64,000 bases of DNA, taken from NCBI GenBank assembly GCA_964035545.1, contig OZ037765.1:11108698-11172697 (forward strand). Direction: 5' to 3'. Below, piece by piece: positions 1 through 13,896 of this stretch; position 1 is the first letter of the stretch; every line of letters starts with the position of its first letter. A model generated the notes under the pieces. The model was not told where the DNA came from. It saw only the letters and a program-made list of their open reading frames with translations, and ran no database searches. Origin of the DNA: Bugula neritina (Eukaryota > Animalia > Bryozoa). A program made the position numbers and the translations under genes.

Positions 1-534
1 TGCTTCCCATCCATGGTTTTCACATCTCCAGACACAGCAAGGCCAATATAACACACATTAATCAAAATCTCAATCTTACCAGCAAGTGTGGAAGTTTGTG
101 TTGGTATGTTGTTAGGCATGTAAACAATGAAGACCTAACATGCCATAAATGTAATCTGATGATATTTGTAATAGATTTTTTCTTGTGTAAATAAGGTAAT
201 ATATTGAGGTAAATATGTATATTCTAACGCTGAATTATACAACTTACCAAAAGATACACAATTAATTTTTTGTTTTAGTCTCCCAACTGTCTCAGCTTCT
301 GATTTCTCCAATTTTTTGTTGAAAACCCATTTGCTCTACTTGTCTTATATATTTTGTTCATAATTGTACAATTTCAAATTACTTCATTTTTTTCTGCATA
401 TATTTAGAAATTTTTTCCGTATGGCAAAAATATTACCTCAACTGAACTTACTAAATATTACATCATTTCTTTTTAGATTATCAGTTGACTAGAAGATTTT
501 GGTAATTGGCTTCAGTCTGAATATTGTAAGCACC

Positions 535-3500
535 ATGAATACCACAAGTAACACAGCAGAAGCAATAGCTGAAACACTCTACAAACTAACTGAGTTGGTA
601 CCTCAGAATCCACTAACCAGTCACTTGGAAAACTATTGGCAGTTGATGACTGACAACTACACTAAGTTTCAAATCACAACCTGGGGCTCCCTAATAGCTC
701 ACGAGGTGAAAAATATTTATTAAATACATAAATATAGTACAAATTTCTTTAAAATGATAAGCGATTTACAACTTGGTAAATATCCTGGATTTTAGAGAAT
801 ATCTTTGAATGCTGCTGTAGCTATTGTTTTGCCATGCAGTAAAAGTTAATTTATGATTGCTTTAATATCAAATAACATTCTAGCTAAACTTTTGAATTTT
901 TTGGACAGGCAAAAGCAAATAAATTTAATAAAAAAACAAATTGTTCCGAAGCTACAAAATGTATAAGAGAAATTCTTCTGTTTTAGATTGCATACTTTGG
1001 TATTTGCCTCCCCGCCTTTCTTTTCCAGTTTATTCCCTGCCTTCAGAGATTTAAGATCCAACAGGTTAGTCTGAATTTGTATTTGAAGTGTATTACATTA
1101 CATAGATATCATACAGGTCAGAAATTTAATGTTAAGTTATCAGCAATCTGAATCTAATTGAAGGGAAATGTTGCATATCAGTCAGTATGTGTAAGTATAC
1201 CCAACTTCCATTTTTGTTTATTGAAGTCAGATCACCAAGCATGGCAATGTTATTTTACTTATTGCTATAAAGAATTAATTGATATTTGCGTACTAAAACA
1301 CAATTCCAAAAATTATACATGATTACATTGTCTTTTACATCTGCATAACATGAGCATTTGGTGAATTTAAACAGTGTTTGTAAAAACTATATTATTATAG
1401 TGCAATTTACAACTTAATGGCATATTGTGTTTGAATTATATAAGCAGAAATATTTGAGTAGTGTAGCCTTTACTGATCGATATTACATAAATTTTTTAAG
1501 TTAATTTTCATTTATGGCCTGTAATATAATATGCTATCTTTTGCAGGATAAAAAGGAGACCGCTGCCTTACAATGGCAGTGCTTCAAACTAATTTTGTTC
1601 AACCATTTTTTCATCCAGGTGAGCATTGTTTCAATAATTTATAATGTTGAGATGCTTAACTTCTATTATCATAATTTAATGTTATCTGTTGATCTGCAAT
1701 AATGAATGTTAATGACTTCATGTTGAATTTCAGTCTCCTCTAATATTTGGAACTTATGCATTCACTGAGATGTTTTCTATACCTCATGATTGGCAATCAT
1801 TTCCCGCATGGTAAGTTAAATAAATGGCGAGTTTAGTTTTCTATGAAGTAAATTTTTTATGAAATTCCTTTCTGTACAGCTTACACCTTTCTTTCCTCAA
1901 TGTTTGACCTAATTTCTCCGCAGCAAGCAATAAAAACAGCCTGCAATCTTCTTTTTTTTTCAAAACACAGCTGCACCTAAAGTTGTATATTCTGCACAAT
2001 TTACCACAGGATCTTTGAGTTTGTAAACAATTCATCACACTTGGACTTTGATATTAGCAGATGATTGTGATAGCTTCTTTGTGATATAATATAGGTACAG
2101 CCTAGCAGGAAGAATTCTCGTCTGTGCTATTATAGAAGACACGTGGCACTACTTTGTACACAGAGCTCTGCATGACAAGAGAATCTACAAACATATTCAT
2201 AAAGTACACCATCACTTTCAAGTAAGCAGGAGCCGGCATTATTTGTTATATTGTTTTCTATTGGGTTACTGCAGCCGATGTCTTACACTTATGTTTGGTT
2301 TGGAAGTTGATAACAATAACAATTTTCTCATAAAATTTATGTTGGTAAATGAGTTGGTTATTATGGTGATTAGTAATTAGCGATAACATAATATAAATTA
2401 ATGTGATGTTTTATCAAATAGTATTCATAGCTCTTCTTTGTTTTTAGTCGCCATTTGGAATGACGGCTGAGTATGCTCATCCTGCGGAAACTCTAAGTAA
2501 GTTGGAAATCAGCTGCATTTATCATATTAATATATTGATCATTTATAACTAGTCCTCCTGTAGATCCAAGTTGACAGTTCAATGCAATTTAAACCGCTAT
2601 TTTTTCTTGTGTGTGTTGTAAATAACAAGCCTTAGAAATTTGTACTGCTGTGCTCTTAAAACTGCTGTTATATTTATGAATAAAACCTTCCCTTGAATAT
2701 TTTAACCAACGGACTGTACTCTAATTTGCTGAGCAGTGTAGAAAGTGAGCTCACCAACACATTTCTTTACAAAACTTGTCATAAATATAATTCGACAAGC
2801 GTCACACAAAGCTTTCTTGAGTTGTATCGAAAACACCGACTTTTACAATTTAAAAGGCGTCGGAGTTGAAAATATCGATGCCTGAATTTGTCAACACCTT
2901 GTCATTTTTATGACGTTTAGTGAAAAATGTTTTAGCCATGTCTAAATAACCTTTGCACAGTCAATTAGCAATGTGTTAAATCTTTCGCTGTCGTATCTTT
3001 TACAGAAATATATAAATATCTATTTCTTCCTCAGTGTGCTAATTTGCTATTTGTTTAGTTTTAGGAGCTGGGTTCTTTATTGGCATACTAGCAACTTGCA
3101 ATCATATTGTTATGCTATGGGCATGGATGGTGGTGCGACTGCTGGAGACAATTGATGTTCACAGTGGTTACGACATCCCTTACATTAATGTGTTCCATCT
3201 CATACCAGGATATGCAGGTATTTATGTACTAGCCATTCAATATGTTCAACTTTCTGAAGTTTACAACCTTGCCGTACATTAACTTGCTGTGGTGTAACAT
3301 TGAATTAAAATTCAGTTGTCGCAATAATACATGCATCTCAATTTTACCGAGATTTCAGGCAGTCAATGAAAGCTATATATCTCAGTACTGTGATGGTTTC
3401 ATTTACCCTTTCAAATCAAGTCTTTGGATTTTTTAATTAAATTAGAACTTGTCTTGACATAAAGTTCAGGCAGGATCCTAGTTGCTATCGAGGAAGTGGA

Positions 3501-3803
3501 AGCCATGTCTAGTAAATAATAAACACAAACCAGTGCATGTATTAAGTAGTTCATTACTAGTCCATCAACGTTACTTAATCAAGTTGAGGTTGATATCCAC
3601 ATTGCTAGAATATAGCACTATATTTACCTAAGTGATTCATTGTTTTAGGTGCTAAGTTTCATGATTTCCATCACAAGAACTTCAATGGAAATTACTCCTC
3701 CTCTTTTGTTTGGTGGGATAAGCTTTTTGGAACCGACAAGCAATGGAATGAGTATTACAGCAAAACTGGGGGAGTAGCTCGAAAATCGTGTAAAAAGGAG
3801 TAA
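535..3803 (+). CDS. MSMO1: Methylsterol monooxygenase 1 (sterol C4-methyl oxidase, SC4MOL/ERG25 family), 8 coding exons
   Basis: Exons ~535-705, 987-1064, 1547-1618, 1734-1810, 2095-2221, 2448-2496, 3059-3217, 3649-3803 join in frame through GT-AG introns. Translation includes [71 protein letters not shown] and [27 protein letters not shown], giving the three His boxes of the sterol desaturase/oxidase family. Confidence 0.95.
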
Positions 3804-4246
3804 TGCAGTTGGAAGGTCTGCATTTCCAAAGTTCATACTTGGTGTTATTTACCAACAAGAAATATTTAGACAGTGACTACATGTTGTACATTATAGACAA
3901 TAATATAGTATTTTTCTCGTTGCCTGCTGTGTAAGCCATATCAATCAAACCCTGCTTGGAGAGTGTGTTGATTGTAACTTATAAAACTAATCTTCATATT
4001 TTCACCATCTCGATTCTACCCAGAATGTCTTTCAAAAATTATTGTACAAATTTGTGAACTCCAAAATCTTAATTTATTTTTATAAAAAAATTGTGTGGAA
4101 TACAACTTAGATGAAAGTGAGATTTTACAGTGTAAAAGAACATGTGAGATTATTACCAAGGATCAGTGCAAGTCGCACAGAAAGATTTACACTAGACATT
4201 ATTGATTAGAAGAAGTTGATTGCATACAATGCAAATGTCAATATGA

Positions 4247-7073
<2,827 letters not shown>

Positions 7074-7769
7074 CTGCTTAATATTTATAATTCTGTGTAA
7101 CACAACTTATAAAAAGCTCAATAAATTCTTCAATGTATCATAATGTATATAATAATTCTTTTCTAATAACCAATTAAGAGTGAAACAATAAAAACACCAA
7201 ATTTATAATGATGGTTTGACAATGGACTCCGTCACATATTCAAAATCAGATAACTCTGAGCAACCAGAACCAAGAATGTAATGTTCGAGTAGTGTTTCAA
7301 CTCAATAGACCCTTTTAATTGCCTATGAGGTTATTAACATAGGGCAGCACAACTTTCGGGTTTGCAAAAGAAACTTGTAAGCAGAATTGAAGTCTTTCTT
7401 TCAAAATTTTATGCGATGGCTTTTGTAATGATTGCATCAGTTGCTGTTTAAATTTACATGGTAATATGATTTTTTGAACATTGCCGTCTATATATATATA
7501 CATTTATTTTAACATAACAAATGTGTGATACAAATTTGTAGGACAAATTAAATTAATGTAATGATAAAATTGACAATGGAAACTATAATGCACATTTATT
7601 TTAGAAAATATTTAGGAATCGGTTTACATTAGATGTTGAAAACATATATATGGTATTATCAAATTTGTACATATATTTATTAGAGGCATGGAAGTAGTAC
7701 TATAAGTCTAAGAAAAAAATATAAATTTATGACACATAATTAAAAAATGTGATATAAAGTAAGAACTAC

Positions 7770-9182
7770 TCATTTTTTGGATGAGTAAAGTAGAAAATTT
7801 TCAGATTCAACAATATCGGACTTCACTAACTGTGTTAAATGATGCTCTGGACCATGACTTAGGCACATAATCTCAAAAGCTTTACGATAGTGTAAAATAG
7901 CAATATCATACTTTTCGCAATTCCAAGCAAGTCTAGCTTGCTTTAACTGATGAACACTGTGTGCAGGGTAAACCTCTGGATAATATAGCTTCAACAGTTC
8001 AGTAATTTCTTCACCAAGTCTAAATGCTTGTTCTTCATCCCCCATTTTCGACAGATGTGCATACAAAGTGCACTTTGCTACACTTAAGTTAACGTTTTTT
8101 ACAGAGAGCAGGTGATTTGATTCAACAAATTGTTGAATTTGCTTTACATCAGAATTGCTCTTCATCAGTTTTTCATTACACAAGTTCATAGCTTGTTGAG
8201 TAGCCCTTTCACACATATCAATGTACGATGGATCACTTATTTCTTGATTGCAATGACTGCATAGGAGTGTATCATCATATCTTTTAACTACATCACCCTC
8301 ACATTTGGGACATACTGTGGCCTCCAGCAAAGCTTCTTGATTGATATCTACACACTTATCGCAATGACAGTGAAAATAATAGTTTTGCCATAACTCATGT
8401 TGTCTTGTTGCCAAGGGTTGCATTGGATCAATGTAATTAATAAATATGGCTTCTTCAGATGTATCAATATCTTTCAGAGCTCTAACATAAACAGTTGTTT
8501 TATCGCATACATGGGCAGCATTGGGTGAGCAAGAATGATTAAAAATGGATGGACTCAGATATAATGCAGCTCCTATTTCATTACCCATATGCGTTAATGT
8601 AAATGTGTTAAACAAGAGACGGCCATAATAGGTCATCAATTTATTTACGTTTGCTAACAATCCGTGATTTTCCAGATTAGCATGTCCATAATATTGGAAA
8701 AGCTGATGAGATGCCTCCAAATATGATTTACTTCGCTGGTCATCAGCCTGAAGTAGCTTTGAATGATCACAAAGATCATTCCATGTTCTCCAACCAGGAT
8801 CATGTTCAGGCTTTTGTTCCTCAATTTCCAAAGAGCATTTCCAGAGCAACTTGCATAATAATCGGACAGAGTCCGTAAGAATTTCAGGATTGTTGGAACG
8901 AATAATGGGACATTCAAATTTATGAAACTTCCAAGCACGTTTTTGACATGATTGGTCACAATAGTAGTTACATTGACAGACTGAACATCGTAATAGCTTG
9001 CAATTTTTAGGAGGAAGAGCACACCAGTCACAATATTGACCTTTTGATTTGTTGCTAATAATATGAACAAAAGGTGAGGCCTTGACAATTAATTCACCGC
9101 ACCGATATCGCTTGTTTTTGAGTGGCTGTGGTAAAGACCCCATACCAATATCATTAACAGCACAAACAACTTTGGCAGACAT
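7770..9182 (-). CDS. SET and MYND domain lysine methyltransferase (SMYD2/SMYD3-like), uninterrupted 470-aa ORF
   Basis: MYND finger CDWC...CSVC...YYCDQSCQKRAWKFHKFEC, SET motif FNHSCSPN, INYID (catalytic Tyr position), post-SET YYFHCHCDKC, and a TPR-like C-terminus with SHGPEH. A 3' splice acceptor (tttttag) lies ~10 nt upstream of the ATG. Confidence 0.92.
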   Translation of the reverse strand: MSAKVVCAVNDIGMGSLPQPLKNKRYRCGELIVKASPFVHIISNKSKGQYCDWCALPPKNCKLLRCSVCQCNYYCDQSCQKRAWKFHKFECPIIRSNNPEILTDSVRLLCKLLWKCSLEIEEQKPEHDPGWRTWNDLCDHSKLLQADDQRSKSYLEASHQLFQYYGHANLENHGLLANVNKLMTYYGRLLFNTFTLTHMGNEIGAALYLSPSIFNHSCSPNAAHVCDKTTVYVRALKDIDTSEEAIFINYIDPMQPLATRQHELWQNYYFHCHCDKCVDINQEALLEATVCPKCEGDVVKRYDDTLLCSHCNQEISDPSYIDMCERATQQAMNLCNEKLMKSNSDVKQIQQFVESNHLLSVKNVNLSVAKCTLYAHLSKMGDEEQAFRLGEEITELLKLYYPEVYPAHSVHQLKQARLAWNCEKYDIAILHYRKAFEIMCLSHGPEHHLTQLVKSDIVESENFLLYSSKK

Positions 9183-10593
9183 ATATCCTTCCTAAAAAAT
9201 AATTTAATGTCTCAGATTTTAAGAGTGCTTTATGGCATACTGACTTCTTGTTAAAAACTTTGTCAATGTGAGAATGATTTGAGCTAGAATACAAACTTGA
9301 TTTATAATTATATGTAAAGTAATTTTTATCAAATACTTGCAATAGCTTAGATTTGTGAAAAACTATTAGAGGATACCAAAATGAAAATATGACAATATGA
9401 ATAGCCACTGTCACTATGATTAGGCGCTAGTTCGGCTGCCCTTGGTGATCGATTGGACAGTTATATAACTACATGCAACATCAAAAGCATACCACAGTAG
9501 ACGTAGTTTCCTGCCGAGCACAATGACAATGGCAATAAGCTGTTAAACTTAGTGACATTATTGACAATTAGATTTACTAAATCTAATAGTAATCGTAATA
9601 GTCAAAAAACATATGTTCAATTTCATGTTCCTAAATAATTTATTTTTCCAGTTTTAGGAACATGAACACCTGAGGCAGATGTATTTGTAACACTCACACT
9701 GATCAATAATTATAAACTAAAACACTCCCAGAACACAGCATGAGCATTTAGATTTACCGAGCAGGTAATCAAAAATTAAAATTGCATCTCCTTACTGAAC
9801 TCACCATTATTTTCATCATAGCCATACTCATACTACTCATAAGCCATACTGATCGTGACACTGATATTCGTTAAGTCTTACACTTACACTCATAATCATA
9901 CTAATAGTACTACTAGTAGTAGTAATATTATTACTATTAGTAATACTAATAGTAATAATAGTAATACTAATAGTAATACTAGGTCTAATAGTAATAGTCA
10001 TGTGATACGACACTGAAATTCCCATTCACGATCACTAAGAGTATGAGTATGTTATTGTTACATTGTAATTCACTAATTCAGCAATTGTCATCTTCATTGT
10101 GATATTGATTATCCTCTTCATGACTTAGCTTTATGAGCTACTCATACTGTCAGTGTGACCGTTACTGTTAGACTTAGACTGCAGTCGACATCATATACCA
10201 AATCTCAAAGGTAAATGAATAATGAGCAATCAGTAATGACTAAGTCTAATGAGTAACACTAACTCTAACTGTAAAATGCAAGTGTAACTCAAACTCAAAC
10301 TGCAATCTGATACATACGTACAGATACTCTTACAATTACATAACCTGACTACAGACTAGCAGCTTAATTTTGTAATGTATTTGTTTACCACTATAAACCC
10401 ATATTTTTATTAGTGGTTTGTCATTCATTCTTATGTAAACTATTATTTGCCTATTATTACCACATGACCAGTTGTTATTGTATTTACTCATTCCTGTTTT
10501 ACTTGTTAGTCAGTTGCCTGCTAGTGCTCTATCAATACAGTCATATAGTGATCATATACTACACAAACTACTTCAAATTCATATCATCACAAA

Positions 10594-10656
10594 GAAACAC
10601 AAAACATAACACAATCAGCAATGAGTCATTGCTGATTGTGTTATGTTTTGTGTTTC
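10594..10656. repeat. Perfect 63-bp palindrome (31-bp arms, 1-nt centre)
   Basis: GAAACACAAAACATAACACAATCAGCAATGA-G-TCATTGCTGATTGTGTTATGTTTTGTGTTTC. Confidence 0.95.
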
Positions 10657-11409
10657 GTTGCCATTGAAAATGAAAGACTAAGAGTAAGAGTAACTGTAAG
10701 ACCAAGACTAAGACACTAGACAGTAAGAGTAAAAGTAAGACAGTAAGTGTAACACTAACCGGAGTAAGAGTAAGAGTAAGACTAATGAGACTCCTAGTCC
10801 TAGACTCCTACGACTATTATAATTATATTACCTATTGGTATTACTAAAAGTATAACTACAAGTACAAGTATAAGCCTAAGAAAAAGATTGCATTGTAAAA
10901 TAAATGACTATTCATAAATATTATTCATAATAATTTATTATTATAAACTCAAACTGAAACTGAAATAATTTCCCGCGAAATCTTCATTGTAGGTCAGTGG
11001 CTTCAGCCCAAAAGCAGTAAAGAGAGTTATTCAAAATTTTTAAAAATAAAATGCCCTGTCAACTAAATTTTTATTTTTACATTTTATTTATGTTTTGTTT
11101 TTATTCAGAAAAATTTGGTAATGCAATAATCACTTAATGGTGGATAGTTTCTTCTACACTAAGCTCTTCTAGGACTATAGGTAGTTTCTCTTTAAAAATG
11201 CACCATGGTGATGGTCTAGAGGTAGACAGATTGATTCTGGAATAAAAAGAACTGTTAATATTAATTAATTAAGATTCACTTGCTTTTTTTAATTTCTAGC
11301 ATATTTTCAATTAAATTTGTCATTTGCTCAGTGGTTTTACTTTCATTGTAATAATTTGCTGGTAAGTTAAAGTTGATTCTTAACTTAAATTCTTTCTTAA
11401 ACTTGTACT

Positions 11410-11423
11410 TGTAGTAGTAGTAC

Positions 11424-11508
<85 letters not shown>
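11410..11508. repeat. (AGT)n trinucleotide microsatellite
   Basis: About 30 near-perfect GTA/AGT units, directly visible. Confidence 0.95.
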
Positions 11509-12377
11509 TGTTGTAAGACTAAGAGTAAGAGGAAGTGTAACACTAACTGTAACTGTGTAAGTTTTAACTTTTAAGTAAAACTTTTAGTTCTACTTTTCCT
11601 GTACTTGTAGTACTAGTAGTAGTAGTAGTGGTAGTAGTTTCCTCCTGGGCTTCAACAAGTTCAAGTTGCAGAATTACTTTATTTTGAAGGTTGATTTGAA
11701 CTTTTACTCTCAATATCTTTAATACTCTTTACCTGTATCAGTATGCAGTGATAAGACTAACTCTAAGAGTAAGTCTAAGAGCTTGCATAAATTTGCTTAA
11801 ATCATAGAATCTGATTTGAAACTGAAACTCCAGACTGAGGTTCAACTTCAAGTTCAATAACTCAATTGAAAGCAAGAAATTCAGTTTTACTCATTCTCAA
11901 GTTATCTGCATCAGGTTAGTTGGTAGCTCTGCTTTTAAACTATAGCAATCATAATGATAGTGCCAGTGGTCAACGGAAATCGGTTTATAAAAAGTTTTAC
12001 AAGCAGGTAAAAAACATTACAACTAAAATATTTTTGATAGAAATGCTGTAACCCAACTTTTGATTTACAGTATTCAAACAACTATCAGTGTCACTGTGCT
12101 GGCCCATATCAATATGTTTTAGCAGAAACTTGGCGACATACTAATAAAGCTTTTAAAAGAATTTTCAGGCAACAGTTGCTGTCTAGGCACATTTTTATTT
12201 GTTGCTGTTATAAGGTAAAAGAATTGCTGATACTAGGTGAATAAGTATAACATCAGAAGTTTTGTATAAATAAATATTCATGCATTTGCAATTGTTGTAC
12301 TAAGTTTTCAATTTTATGCAAATGTGATAGATTTGTTGCTCAATAACCATAGAAGCTGCAGAAAATTTGAATTTTAA

Positions 12378-13145
12378 AGGATTGCTCTATCTTGTCTAAT
12401 AAATGGCCATTTAGGTCAAACACACATAATATTGTGTTTTTCTAAGCATGCATTGACAAAAAGCATTTGACCAAAGGTAGAAAAAGTTAGTTGAAGTTGA
12501 GGGTGTAGATTGGTAACAGCCAAAACGCCGATTTTGAAATGAGCTGGGAAATGTGACGTAACAGCGCCAGCATTCCTGCTAGTCACGTGACTATACAAAT
12601 GAATAACTATAGAAATATGACTGTGAGATGTAATCTTTTAGCTTGTAATTTGTATATTTATAGAAGTGCAAATGTGAATTATCTCAACCTATAGTTTTTT
12701 GACATTTTAAATAACATGTATGTGATAGCATTAGGCTATATTTTGCTTGTAAACATTAGAAAAAGCCTTGCAAAAACATGCATTCTTTAGGATGAATGCC
12801 TGCGATCGATCTAAACTAGGTCAGATTGTGCAATATTACGGGCACACCAAAGCTGACCTATATAGCGCACTGTAACTGCTTGAGCGTTATTGGTTGATGT
12901 TGTGCCCAGCAACCTTGAATACTAGCGTTATAGTTAGCACGTGCAGCATAGTTACTGGCGCTCACACGTCACGTTTTAGGCTCTTCTTTTTCATGGCTGA
13001 AAATTTTACCTCCCTCAGAATTAGAATTTTGAAAAGCTGTTTTCTAGGCACATATCCCTTTGCAAAGCCACAATTGTTTGCATACACATTAGATTATAGT
13101 TCATAATTATAATGTGATTGTAATAAACTAAGATTGAGCAATCCT
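12378..13145. mobile_element. Non-autonomous DNA transposon, Kolobok-like (TTAA target duplication)
   Basis: The ends read TTAA|AGGATTGCTCTATCTT ... AAGATTGAGCAATCCT|TTAA. Degenerate inner inverted blocks (GTGACGT..CAGCGCCAG versus CTGGCGCT..ACGTCAC) are present, and there is no coding capacity. AG...CT termini with TTAA TSD fit Kolobok better than piggyBac (CC...GG). Confidence 0.75.
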
Positions 13146-13896
13146 TTAAAAGTGAGTATTTTTTGCAATCATGGTAAATACTATCCCTTTAGAAGCATTT
13201 GAAAACCTAAAAGAATTAAGCTAATTTTCATTTTGAGCTGATGTAATGAGATTGTCACTGCTACACAATACACTATGCAATTTTTTCTGAAAGACGAATC
13301 TTCTGCCTAGATTTTTTTTAACATATTTTTATTTTACATTAGTTTCAGTCAATGAATAAACATACAACAAATATTAATACTATTCTATTGTGTTTTACTG
13401 CTATCAAAATAGACCATTTTTATCTAACAATAAAATCATGCGAAGCCCTACAGTATAAGTATCTCTAGTGAAATACATAGCTGGAAAAAATGGTGATGGT
13501 GTGAGTGCTAGTAGTGGTGGTAGTGTTAGTTTAACATTCTACATCCAGTAGAAGCAGAACATACATGCTAGTAGTTTCAAAGTTAAATTAAAGTTTAAAG
13601 TTACATCTATTTTTCCATTTTACAACTGTGTTAAAATAGACCACAGAAATGTGAAGCAATAAAGGCTTGTTTAGTTATATATTTTTAAACTGTATAATTC
13701 AATCAGTTATGCAAGTTTATATCATGCATTTCAAAATAAGAACATTAGTTATAATATTTGAATCTTCAATAATAAATTGAAATGAAGCTCAAGATGTAAC
13801 GTATTGAAAAATAATTGAATAATCACCCAAATGTCTAAGTATTTATCCAAAATACAATATTCATTACTTTTTTTATTTTTCACTTTTATAGGTGCC

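Larger units (their letters stand above)
9780..11870. other. Phased (ANTNNN)n low-complexity tracts flanking the putative SMYD/CNPY divergent promoter
   Basis: Examples are ACT TAC ACT CAT AAT CAT ACT AAT AGT, AGT GTA ACT CAA ACT CAA ACT GCA and AGT AAG AGT AAG AGT AAG ACT AAT. A mostly non-periodic core lies at ~10980-11370. Confidence 0.7.

Noticed and set aside
8654-9088. 144-aa alternative-frame ORF inside SMYD
   Set aside because: It is a shadow ORF with no recognisable motif; the SMYD frame explains the region.
9183-9190. ATATCCTT resembling a U12-type 5' splice site
   Set aside because: It is on the strand opposite SMYD and coincides with the SMYD acceptor/5' UTR; no + strand exon context exists. 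All introns I reconstructed are GT-AG.
9837-10025. 62-aa Ile/Thr/Ser/Asn-rich ORF
   Set aside because: It is a by-product of in-phase ANT triplets, which contain no stop codons; it is not a recognisable protein.
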